Positions 20,804 to 29,161 of a stretch of DNA of 64,000 nucleotides are shown piece by piece. Below the pieces are notes generated by a model that saw nothing but the letters and a program-made list of their open reading frames with translations, was not told the DNA's origin and did not search any database. Source of the stretch: a virus. Its lineage: Duplodnaviria > Caudoviricetes. The position numbers and the translations under genes are program-made. Location of the stretch: the IMG/VR virus record IMGVR_UViG_3300032233_002306, positions 2,117 through 66,116 of that record; one strand, 5' to 3'. Each line of letters begins with the position of its first letter. The stretch's first letter is position 1.

Positions 20804-21911
20804 TCTAGAATATACTAAACACTTCTACCAAACAACTAGAGTACTTTATCCTGAAGTTGAAATATGTTTTAGTAGTTATGGTAGTACCGATGGTACCCAT
20901 GAGTGGTTAGATTCATTAAATGACCCATTTACTAAAATATTCCATTCAGATAAATATGGTAATTTTTCTGATAATTTTAATAAGGCCGCTTCAATGGCAA
21001 CTAAAGAATACATTGTGTTCGTTCACAACGATATTGTATTAGCCCCTGGATTTATTGAAAATTTAGAAAAATATTGTAACCCGGATACAGTAATATCTTA
21101 CACTACAATCGAACCACCTATATTTGCTGGACACGAACGCCCAGGTAAAATTATTAAGGACTTTAGCGCTGACTTAGAAACATTTAATATAAATGGATTT
21201 TATCAATTTGCAGCTGAAACTGTAGAAAAATATAAAGATAAAATTGAGCCGGGTGTTGTGTTCTTTATGTGTATGCCTAAAGACAAATATCTTGAAATTG
21301 GAGGTTTAGATAATTTATACAATCCAATGTTCTGTGAAGATGATGACTTAATATTAAGATGGAAATTAGCAGAATTAAATATAATTACTTCATTAGATGC
21401 TATTACTTATCATTTTGTATCGAAAACCTCTCGTTTCTCCGAAGAATATCAACAACATACTCAACAAATAGAACTACAATCAAATCGTAATTTTATTAGA
21501 AAGTGGGGTAATAAAGATTTTAAAACAAAATATGATATAGGATATATTATCAAAAATTGTAACACTCAACTTATTCCAACATTAGAATTATTTGCTTCTA
21601 CAATTTATGTTGATTATCCTTATCAAGATTATATTGAAACAGAACAACCCAATACTAAGTTTGATTTAAATAAACGTATTAAAAATATAAATGAATCTAA
21701 AACCAATCAAATATTAGTTGAATTTGATGCTACACAATTAAATCAAAATAATTTTCAACTATTACAACAATTACCTCAAATTATATTAGAATCTGAAGGA
21801 TTAGGGATATTTGAATTAGACATATTCAAGATAGATGTATCAGGAAGGGACCGTTTAGAAAAATACTTAATCGAAATAAATTCTCCCTATTACCAATCTC
21901 AACTTTTGTAA
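20766..21911 (+). CDS. Glycosyltransferase, GT2
   Basis: VFVHNDI, GGLD.LY.PMFCEDDDL, YHFVSKTSR. Confidence 0.85.
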   Translation: MSNISLLVAVKNNLEYTKHFYQTTRVLYPEVEICFSSYGSTDGTHEWLDSLNDPFTKIFHSDKYGNFSDNFNKAASMATKEYIVFVHNDIVLAPGFIENLEKYCNPDTVISYTTIEPPIFAGHERPGKIIKDFSADLETFNINGFYQFAAETVEKYKDKIEPGVVFFMCMPKDKYLEIGGLDNLYNPMFCEDDDLILRWKLAELNIITSLDAITYHFVSKTSRFSEEYQQHTQQIELQSNRNFIRKWGNKDFKTKYDIGYIIKNCNTQLIPTLELFASTIYVDYPYQDYIETEQPNTKFDLNKRIKNINESKTNQILVEFDATQLNQNNFQLLQQLPQIILESEGLGIFELDIFKIDVSGRDRLEKYLIEINSPYYQSQLL

Positions 21912-21936
21912 TTATATTTATGAGAAATCTAAATAC

Positions 21937-22476
21937 ATGGCTGATAAGCGCTCTGATAAGCAACCTCGACTAAGTAGAACCATAACACTAGGAGAAATCA
22001 ATTCAGAATCAGCTAATGATATAATTCAATCAATATATGAAATTAATGATGAGGATATTGGAAAAACGCAAGTAGAGCCAATTAAACTAATAATTAATTC
22101 ATTTGGTGGAGAAGTATATAGTGGACTAGCATTAATAGATACAATTGATAACTCATCGACCCCAGTTTATACAATATGCCATGGCTCAGCCATGTCTATG
22201 GCTTTAATAGTATATTCTGCGGGTCATAATAGATACGCTAGTAGAAATGCTACATTTATGTATCATGAAGCAGCATATCCAATTGAAGGCAAAGTAGTAC
22301 ATCATAAACAGGAATTAAAAGAGGTAGAACGTGTTGATAAGATATGTGATAATTATTTACTGTCTAAAACATCATTCACTAAAAAACAATTCAATGATGT
22401 TAAGAAAACACAAGGAGAATGGTATTTTGATATAGAAATAGCACAAGAACACGGGTTAGTAAACGAAATTTTATAA
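21937..22476 (+). CDS. clpP: ClpP-like serine protease
   Basis: INSFGG, catalytic Ser in AMSMA, His in FMYHE, C-terminal AQEHGLVNEI. Confidence 0.88.
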   Translation: MADKRSDKQPRLSRTITLGEINSESANDIIQSIYEINDEDIGKTQVEPIKLIINSFGGEVYSGLALIDTIDNSSTPVYTICHGSAMSMALIVYSAGHNRYASRNATFMYHEAAYPIEGKVVHHKQELKEVERVDKICDNYLLSKTSFTKKQFNDVKKTQGEWYFDIEIAQEHGLVNEIL

Positions 22477-22498
22477 TATTTATACATAAACGCATATA

Positions 22499-22801
22499 AT
22501 GGCTGAAGTAAAACCAAAACTTAGAGTAGATGTAAATCATAACCCAACTAAAAAGGGTATTAAGGTACAATTCGTATTACCACAAGAAATTGAAGGTGAT
22601 GCTAAAGCAGCCGCTACACAGAAATTACAATCTAAATTAAATCAGGGATTATCCCAATACAATTTAACTGTATCTCAAGATACAGACGTACCATATTCAA
22701 ATGTAATTGGGTTCTTAATTCCAATTGCTGATTTTAAATTATTTATTAAAAATGCAATTAGCGGTGGTAGTGTAGAAACCCCACCACCACCTGCAGTATA
22801 G
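22499..22801 (+). CDS. Hypothetical protein (probably late)
   Basis: ORF preceded by ATATTTAT motif. Confidence 0.55.
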   Translation: MAEVKPKLRVDVNHNPTKKGIKVQFVLPQEIEGDAKAAATQKLQSKLNQGLSQYNLTVSQDTDVPYSNVIGFLIPIADFKLFIKNAISGGSVETPPPPAV

Positions 22802-22803
22802 TT

Positions 22804-23121
22804 ATGATTAAAAACAAAAGAATGAGGCGAAAGATACCTGTTTTCAGAGTAAGCTTGCCACCAGGAACTTCCTACAGTATATTAACAGAAACTCCTGCCA
22901 TTCAACAAATCGTTATAGAAGAAACTTTATTTGCTATTAAAGAAGGTATCAATAAGAAGAAAAAATCTATTGTACTATTTGAAGTAGCCAATTCAGAATA
23001 TTATATTGAATTGAAGAAAGAGCAATGGAAACCATCTCTTGAACATGCAATGGAATATTACGTTGAAAAGGAAGAATACAATAAGTGTATTGAATGTAGA
23101 GAATTGATAAATAAACTTTAG
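22804..23121 (+). CDS. Protein with C-terminal UVR (UvrB/C)-like motif
   Basis: AMEYYVEKEEYNKCIECRELI. Confidence 0.6.
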   Translation: MIKNKRMRRKIPVFRVSLPPGTSYSILTETPAIQQIVIEETLFAIKEGINKKKKSIVLFEVANSEYYIELKKEQWKPSLEHAMEYYVEKEEYNKCIECRELINKL

Positions 23122-23123
23122 TT

Positions 23124-23543
23124 ATGGAAGAACACACTCAGGGTATTAAAACATCAATTGAGAGTATTATTGGGTCTGATACCGTTTTAAAACGTAAACG
23201 CAAAACCGAAGATGATATTAACCGTGAATCGTTTGAAAAAATAATTCAAACAATGGAAGCGGTACAAGTTAGATCAACTTTACTTCATAGTGAGTTTAAT
23301 TTGGATCTGCTTAATTATGATGAGAAATTTTATGAGGTTATAGATAGACTATTTACTCTTCATTTTGGACAAGCAGCAGCTGAAATAATATTCTTTTATG
23401 TATATGAGAGAATGGATCCGGATGGTAATACTAACCAACTATTAGATCAAGATGATAACCCAATACCACTAGAATCACCTTCAGATTTATGGTTGTTAGT
23501 TAATCATTTAAGAGATAAAACTAGCAAAACAAAGAAAAAATAG
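23124..23543 (+). CDS. Hypothetical protein
   Basis: ORF, operon packing. Confidence 0.55.
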   Translation: MEEHTQGIKTSIESIIGSDTVLKRKRKTEDDINRESFEKIIQTMEAVQVRSTLLHSEFNLDLLNYDEKFYEVIDRLFTLHFGQAAAEIIFFYVYERMDPDGNTNQLLDQDDNPIPLESPSDLWLLVNHLRDKTSKTKKK

Positions 23544-23545
23544 TT

Positions 23546-24148
23546 ATGCCTGCTACAAAAACATATAGTCGAGAAGACATTCTGCGCGCAATGCGCTTTA
23601 CTAAATCAAATCGTGCTGCTGCTCGCTATTTAGGATGTTCATATCAACATTATAAACCATATGCTAAATTATTTAGACTAGATGAATCCGACCCATCTTC
23701 ACCTACTTTATTTGATGCTCACAAAAACCAAAGCGGAAAAGGAATCCCAAAATTCCTCCCTAACCGAAGAAAAGAACCAAACGTCAAACTTATATTTGAA
23801 AGTGGAACAGGATGGGAATCATTCACTCCAGAAAAAATTAAATCAAGAGGAATAGCTGAAGGTTATTTAAGGGAACAATGTTATCATTGTGGTTTTGATG
23901 AGCGTCGAGTAACTGATTATAAGGTACCTCTATTACTTAATTTTAAAGATAGCAACCGCAATAATTATCTCGTTGATAATTTAGAATTGTTATGCTATAA
24001 TGATTATTTTCTATTAGTAGCAGATCCGCTGACACCAGATCAGGTACGTCATATTGAAGATAATACACAAGTTAAAGCAGTATCTCATGAATGGGATTTA
24101 GATGAAGCACATTTAGAAAATATGAGAGCATTAGGTCTTTTGGATTAG
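23546..24148 (+). CDS. HTH plus degenerate HNH-like domain protein
   Basis: SNRAAARYLG helix; CYHC...LLNFKDSNRNNYLVDNLELLCYND. Confidence 0.65.
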   Translation: MPATKTYSREDILRAMRFTKSNRAAARYLGCSYQHYKPYAKLFRLDESDPSSPTLFDAHKNQSGKGIPKFLPNRRKEPNVKLIFESGTGWESFTPEKIKSRGIAEGYLREQCYHCGFDERRVTDYKVPLLLNFKDSNRNNYLVDNLELLCYNDYFLLVADPLTPDQVRHIEDNTQVKAVSHEWDLDEAHLENMRALGLLD

Positions 24149-24187
24149 GCAAAATAAGATTATATATTCATAATATAAATAAAAAAT

Positions 24188-24475
24188 ATGCGTTACGAAT
24201 TAGCACAACAATTTGCTGAGTATCAGCTACCAAAAGAGATTAAAGATGCCTTTAAACAAGGAATCCAAATGATTGGTTCACTTAACTTTACTAGGATGAT
24301 GATGTTTGCAAATGAAGTTCAATTAACTAATGATGATGTTGATTACTTCATGAACATGAAACCCCAACGTAGCGAAGATGAATCATATGAGGATATGAAA
24401 ATTAGAGGTCGATTCTCTAAATCGCTTCTCAAATACAGAGCACATCTATACGATTATTCAGTTTATAATAAATAA
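24188..24475 (+). CDS. Hypothetical protein
   Basis: ORF downstream of a TATATTCA promoter. Confidence 0.55.
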   Translation: MRYELAQQFAEYQLPKEIKDAFKQGIQMIGSLNFTRMMMFANEVQLTNDDVDYFMNMKPQRSEDESYEDMKIRGRFSKSLLKYRAHLYDYSVYNK

Positions 24476-24480
24476 AACAT

Positions 24481-24705
24481 ATGCAATATTTTCAAGTAAA
24501 AGTACAATTCACTGTTGAAGACAGTAAGGGTAAAGTAAAGAAACAAAATGTAAATTATTTGGTTGATGCACAGTCAGTAACTGAAGCAGAAGCTAGAACA
24601 GTAAAATTCCTTACTGATAACAATGAACAAGCATTTGAAGTAAAATCAGCAAGCGAATCTAAGATCTTTGATGTTATTTCAACTGAAGTCCCAGAAGTAG
24701 AATAA
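24481..24705 (+). CDS. DUF4494 family protein (Bacteroidota-associated)
   Basis: YLVDAQSVTEAEAR motif. Confidence 0.75.
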   Translation: MQYFQVKVQFTVEDSKGKVKKQNVNYLVDAQSVTEAEARTVKFLTDNNEQAFEVKSASESKIFDVISTEVPEVE

Positions 24706-24763
24706 TTGAGATAATTGGTTTAGCTAAAATAAAGTCTTATATTCACGTTATAAATAAAGAAAA

Positions 24764-24991
24764 ATGATTTGGTATATTTACATAGTAAGCATAGTATACT
24801 GCATTTGGAGAATGAGTGCTAGTTACAATAAAAAATTTGGTAATAATCCAATCGGACCAACACCCGGACTAGAAACACTATTCATTCTGCCATTTGCTCC
24901 ATTGCTTGCTGTTATTGATGCTAGTATGACCTGGATTAAGTGGTATAAGGAAGCTGAAGAGGCTAAGAGAAGGAATACTAATATATTTTAG
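24764..24991 (+). CDS. Small membrane protein
   Basis: Two hydrophobic segments. Confidence 0.55.
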   Translation: MIWYIYIVSIVYCIWRMSASYNKKFGNNPIGPTPGLETLFILPFAPLLAVIDASMTWIKWYKEAEEAKRRNTNIF

Positions 24992-24996
24992 TCAAT

Positions 24997-25152
24997 TGTC
25001 AGGTGGTGAAAGGATATATCCACGGCATACACACCCACTCGTCTCGTGGGCGCTGAATTTGAGATAGGTAACGGGATATGGGTTGACCACAAAGCCGGCT
25101 ATTTTGTCCATTACCGAATCACAGCATGGAGGTTCAACTCCTCTCCTGACAG
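24997..25152 (+). ncRNA. tRNA-like RNA with enlarged D-loop and about 80-nt variable arm
   Basis: Acceptor TGTCAGG/CCTGACA+G; T-arm GGAGG-TTCAACT-CCTCT; stem CCCAC/GTGGG with loop TCGTCTC. Confidence 0.7.
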
Positions 25153-25381
25153 CCTGAACACAGTGAAGTCTAAAAGGTTGATTGGAAACTAGGTTAGAAA
25201 AGCCAATTGTAAAAGCAGATGTCCACTCACCCATCTTCTGCTTTCCTAAATAGCTTTGACACGCACGACAACTTGGAATGGTGCACGCTGAACAAGCTCT
25301 GTGAACGACCACGAAGAATACCTCACTGGTGCGTAGGTAAGTATCAAGTTCTTCTGACTGTGGGGAATAGACCCACTCTTA
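25153..25381 (+). ncRNA. Putative structured RNA between the tRNA-like element and tRNA-Leu
   Basis: Elevated GC; stems AAAGCAGA/TCTGCTTT, ACGCAC/GTGCGT, AACTTG/CAAGTT, TACCT/AGGTA. Confidence 0.4.
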
Positions 25382-25467
25382 GCCCCGGTGGTGGAATTGG
25401 TAGACACGCAAGACTTAAAATCTTGTTCGCGTAGCGAGTACGGGTTCGATTCCCGTCTGGGGCACCA
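25382..25467 (+). tRNA. trnL: tRNA-Leu(UAA)
   Basis: GCCCCGG/CTGGGGC acceptor; CAAGA-CTTAAAA-TCTTG anticodon arm; long variable arm; GGTTCGATTCC; encoded CCA. Confidence 0.96.
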
Positions 25468-25479
25468 ATATTTATTTAT

Positions 25480-25791
25480 ATGGCATGTCATTATTTAACA
25501 ATGAAAAACAGTGACGAATTCTACATGCGAATGAAGAATCGAGACGCTGATCTTATTTTAAAAATGGCAAAATGTGTTTTAAGTGCTTATAAACGAAATA
25601 AATCAAGTATTGATATATTTGATATTACGTTTAAAGTACTAAGCGACGGGTTAGTATTCACCATTGATAAACCACAATACAAGGAACTATTAGGTAATTG
25701 TATAAATGATTTGATTACAATGGAAGAATATGAGCTGTGTGCTGAAATAAAGAAAATACTAGATAAGAAGAAAACTAAAGAAGTTCTTTAA
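25480..25791 (+). CDS. Protein with C-terminal UVR-like motif
   Basis: INDLITMEEYELCAEIKKILD. Confidence 0.6.
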   Translation: MACHYLTMKNSDEFYMRMKNRDADLILKMAKCVLSAYKRNKSSIDIFDITFKVLSDGLVFTIDKPQYKELLGNCINDLITMEEYELCAEIKKILDKKKTKEVL

Positions 25792-25796
25792 CATAT

Positions 25797-26182
25797 GGGG
25801 CATACCGGTATCGATTCAGATGTTGAGGTAATATTACATGCAGGCGTTTGGTAGAGTCGCCTTAGAAAACTGCAAACAATAACTGACGAAATGTCAACAA
25901 TGACCTTCGACGACCTTATGGCGTTCGTAGGCGCCGACTACGCTTTAGCAGCCTAGTCCGCAAACGGGTGTGCGTAACCTAGGAACAGAATACCACCGAG
26001 TACTCACAATCGACTCGCTAAATAAGGACTGTGGATTAGTTTTATCTGTAGTCATAAAACAGATTGGTGGAAACGACCATAAAGGTCAGCCCTACTGATC
26101 AGAAGTAATTCAGATCTAAGCATGTGAGACGTTAATATTACTGTCTCTTCTGAAGACCTGGGTTCGAATCCCAGATGCTCCA
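25797..26182 (+). ncRNA. ssrA: tmRNA; tag ORF 25885-25956 (A)DEMSTMTFDDLMAFVGADYALAA*
   Basis: GGGGCAT/ATGCTCC-A acceptor with G3:U70; GGGTTCGAATCCC T-arm; GTAATATT/AATATTAC and ACATGC/GCATGT helices; ATAACT before the resume codon; YALAA end. Confidence 0.93.
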
Positions 26183-26280
26183 CTATTTTTTTATATTTAT
26201 GGATGTAGAGAAAACAAGGTTGTATATGAAGATATACAGCCTTTTTCTGTTTACACAATTAAAAATTAAAAATTAAAAAT

Positions 26281-26514
26281 ATGAAACACTTCTTCTCACA
26301 GTTGTTTAATGACAACAACACTATTAACGAAAAATCAGTTATTGGATTTCTTTCTTTTCTAGTAATGTTCGGATTTGCTGTAGCCGATATTGTAACTGGT
26401 TATCTTGGTAAAGATTTAGTAGTAAACGAATTTATATTTAATGCATTTTTAATTATTACTTTAGGTTGTTTTGGAATTTCTTCTATAGACAAATATATTA
26501 ATAATAAAAAATAA
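26281..26514 (+). CDS. Two-TM membrane protein (holin-like candidate)
   Basis: Two hydrophobic helices and a basic C-terminus. Confidence 0.45.
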   Translation: MKHFFSQLFNDNNTINEKSVIGFLSFLVMFGFAVADIVTGYLGKDLVVNEFIFNAFLIITLGCFGISSIDKYINNKK

Positions 26515-26519
26515 CATAA

Positions 26520-26822
26520 ATGGCTTCCAAAAGCTCAGCTGTAGATGCAGTAGCAAATAATATAAAATCTCCTATTACTTTTAAGGAGTTTTCTAAAGAT
26601 CCTGTTAAGGGTTTACTGTTTATCGTACTGATAGCTATAGGTTATTTGTATGTAGATGGTAAAATGAACTACAGTAATCAAATTGATAAGCAAGGCAAGA
26701 AGATTGAAAAACTTGAATCTAAAATTGATGTTTTATCTAATCAACTCAGACGATCTGATAGTGCCTTATCAGGAGCTATATCAACTATAAATTTACTACA
26801 ACAATTAGGAAAAATACAGTGA
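26520..26822 (+). CDS. TM plus coiled-coil protein
   Basis: LLFIVLIAIGYLYV followed by heptads. Confidence 0.5.
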   Translation: MASKSSAVDAVANNIKSPITFKEFSKDPVKGLLFIVLIAIGYLYVDGKMNYSNQIDKQGKKIEKLESKIDVLSNQLRRSDSALSGAISTINLLQQLGKIQ

Positions 26823-27178
26823 AAAAATACTTTGTTATATCGATATTGTTTTTATTGATTGGGTGTTCTTCTAAAGTTGAAGATGAAGAATCTCAGGAAG
26901 AACCTGCTGATGAACAATATTTTACAAGCATAAATAAATTAATTAGCAATAGTGATAAAAAACAACAAAGCGTTGCTGTTATTAATAAAGCTGTTGATAG
27001 TAATGTAACTGAAAGAATACGAGTAACAACAAAAGTTATAACTGTTATGAAAGAAAAAGTAAATGAACTAAAACAAACAAATGAAATACTTAAAGATAAA
27101 ATTGATGATGCTAATTCTAATATTGGCGTCCCTTATAAGCTACTCCCAATCCTACCCGATAGCCAAAACCATAGGTAA
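26819..27178 (+). CDS. Coiled-coil lipoprotein
   Basis: GTG start; lipobox LLIGC. Confidence 0.55.
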   Translation: MKKYFVISILFLLIGCSSKVEDEESQEEPADEQYFTSINKLISNSDKKQQSVAVINKAVDSNVTERIRVTTKVITVMKEKVNELKQTNEILKDKIDDANSNIGVPYKLLPILPDSQNHR

Positions 27179-27521
27179 AGATTCAGTTGTTATCATTAAT
27201 ATGAAACAAGCTGAACAGATAAACAAGTCTCATATTAAACTAACAAATGAGGTAGATAATCTAGAAAACAAATCATTAATCCTTAATATACAAAAGGCTC
27301 AAGGATATGCTTTAGTAGAGGCATATGATAGAGAGTATAAAAGAGCTAATATAAAAATAGAAAACCTAAATCTTCAGCTAGAAGATAAAGATAAAGAAAT
27401 TAAGTTTTTACATAGAAAAATAAATAGAACAATATTTCAAAGTATGTTATTGGTTGCTGGTTGGACTATATATACTGGTGTAAAAAGTGGGTCACTTCCA
27501 ATTATAAATACTAAATTATGA
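27081..27521 (+). CDS. Secreted/membrane coiled-coil protein
   Basis: Signal peptide and C-terminal TM segment. Confidence 0.5.
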   Translation: MKYLKIKLMMLILILASLISYSQSYPIAKTIGKDSVVIINMKQAEQINKSHIKLTNEVDNLENKSLILNIQKAQGYALVEAYDREYKRANIKIENLNLQLEDKDKEIKFLHRKINRTIFQSMLLVAGWTIYTGVKSGSLPIINTKL

Positions 27522-27691
27522 TAAAAAAAATTTTAATGTGCCTATTATTATTTTGGTTGGTATTTATATTATCTTTAGAAGTTTCTATAATAATACAAGA
27601 TATCTGCTTTGATAATGTAACCCAACAACACATAAAAACACTCAAAACAATTGGGTTTTATAGTATAAAGTAATCTATTAAAAAATAAAAT

Positions 27692-28258
27692 ATGCAAACT
27701 GGATTTAAAGAATTATTAAACCAAATGATGACCAGAAGATGGTATATCACGGCTATGGTTTTAGGTGGATTTATATTAATAATAGCAGGTATATTTGCCT
27801 CTATTACTGGTAACGCAGTAATTGCTGGTGAGTGGAAAGAACTATTATTATTGTTATTAGGTGCCTTTATAGGTAGTTATGGTAAAATTATTGATTATTG
27901 GTTTTCTGATACTGATAAAGATAAAATGCTCGTTCAGAAAATGGATGAAGAAGATGGTGTTAGTATGTCTCATACCAATGACATGAAAGAAACTAACAAA
28001 CCATTAACACCACTAATCCCAGACGCATTCGTAACCGCTGCTACTCATGCACATCAAACCAATATGGTTGAACTTGATATGAAAAAAGATCAACAAGAAC
28101 ATAATCAAATGATGTCTAAAGATCAACAAGAACATGAGCAGGAAATGGAAAAATTAGAATTTGAATTTCAATCTCATAGACAATGTGAACATGAATGGGG
28201 TGATAGTGATTATGATGGTGAATTAGAATGCCAAAAATGTGGTAAAATAAAAGATTAA
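27692..28258 (+). CDS. Two-TM protein with C-terminal Zn-finger-like tail
   Basis: Two TM helices; CEH...CQKC. Confidence 0.55.
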   Translation: MQTGFKELLNQMMTRRWYITAMVLGGFILIIAGIFASITGNAVIAGEWKELLLLLLGAFIGSYGKIIDYWFSDTDKDKMLVQKMDEEDGVSMSHTNDMKETNKPLTPLIPDAFVTAATHAHQTNMVELDMKKDQQEHNQMMSKDQQEHEQEMEKLEFEFQSHRQCEHEWGDSDYDGELECQKCGKIKD

Positions 28259-28312
28259 AAAGTTTGGTTCGGTCAAAATAACATTATATATTTACATCAA
28301 CAAAAATTATAT

Positions 28313-28486
28313 ATGATGAAAAAAGTAATGTTAGTACTTGCAATTGTAGTTACACTAGTTGCATGCGGAGGAAACAATTCAGTTGAAACTACAATCGCAG
28401 ACAGCACAGCTGTAGCTGATTCTTCAGTAGTAGTAGTTGATTCAACTGTAGCTCAGATTCCGGCTGATTCAGTTTCAGCAAAATAA
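28313..28486 (+). CDS. 57-aa lipoprotein (not in ORF track)
   Basis: MMKKVMLVLAIVVTLVACGG...; own promoter (TATATTTA 28287) and downstream hairpin GAGGGGGC/GCCCCCAC. Confidence 0.75.
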   Translation: MMKKVMLVLAIVVTLVACGGNNSVETTIADSTAVADSSVVVVDSTVAQIPADSVSAK

Positions 28487-28521
28487 TTAAGAGGGGGCGA
28501 TGAGCCCCCACTTTAATTTTA

Positions 28522-29019
28522 ATGGTTATGTACAAAATAAAACAATTTTTTAGACGTATTTATAATCTCTATCGTTGGTTTCCTATTATATGGAAGGATC
28601 AAGACTGGGATGATTATTATATTTTTGAGATTCTTAAATTCAAACTTAAGAATCAAGCCAAATATATTGGCTACCATAATCGCCACACTACAGCTAAACG
28701 CGATGCTGAAAAAATGATGTTATGTGTTCGTTTGATTGAAAAAGTTCAAAGTGAATATTATGGATGTGAGTATATGGATTACCATGAGTCCGACTTTAAA
28801 TGGATTGATACTAATCACCCCGATACTAAACAACTAGATATAGTGGAACTATCAGAACACTTTGATGATTACTTTAAAAAATATCCTCGTATTTATAAGC
28901 AGGTTGTAGGTAAAGATAAACACGAAATAGCATTTAGAATAGCTAGAATAAACGAAGAACGAGCACATAAATTATTATTTAAAATACTAGAACAAAACAT
29001 TAGAAGATGGTGGGATTAA
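28522..29019 (+). CDS. Conserved phage hypothetical protein
   Basis: WFPIIWKDQDWD...ILKFKL. Confidence 0.55.
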   Translation: MVMYKIKQFFRRIYNLYRWFPIIWKDQDWDDYYIFEILKFKLKNQAKYIGYHNRHTTAKRDAEKMMLCVRLIEKVQSEYYGCEYMDYHESDFKWIDTNHPDTKQLDIVELSEHFDDYFKKYPRIYKQVVGKDKHEIAFRIARINEERAHKLLFKILEQNIRRWWD

Positions 29020-29161
29020 TTATATTCATAGTAGCAATAGCAGCATCACTGGCTTGGTTATGGGCTGGAGGTATTGATTATATGGTTAAATACCATCCTA
29101 AATACAAAGGTGAAGATTGGTTAGATTGGAATGCTAGTGAAGAAGATAAAGAACAAATATT

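Noticed and set aside
24997-25152. Ordinary tRNA-Asp(GTC)
   Set aside because: Loop lacks U33 and purine 37; the long arm and D-loop insertion are incompatible with a normal tRNA-Asp.
24992-25491. ORFs 24992-25312 (-), 25219-25434 (+), 25246-25491 (-) and 26052-26258 (-)
   Set aside because: They overlap tRNA/tmRNA/structured RNA and have atypical composition; treated as shadows.
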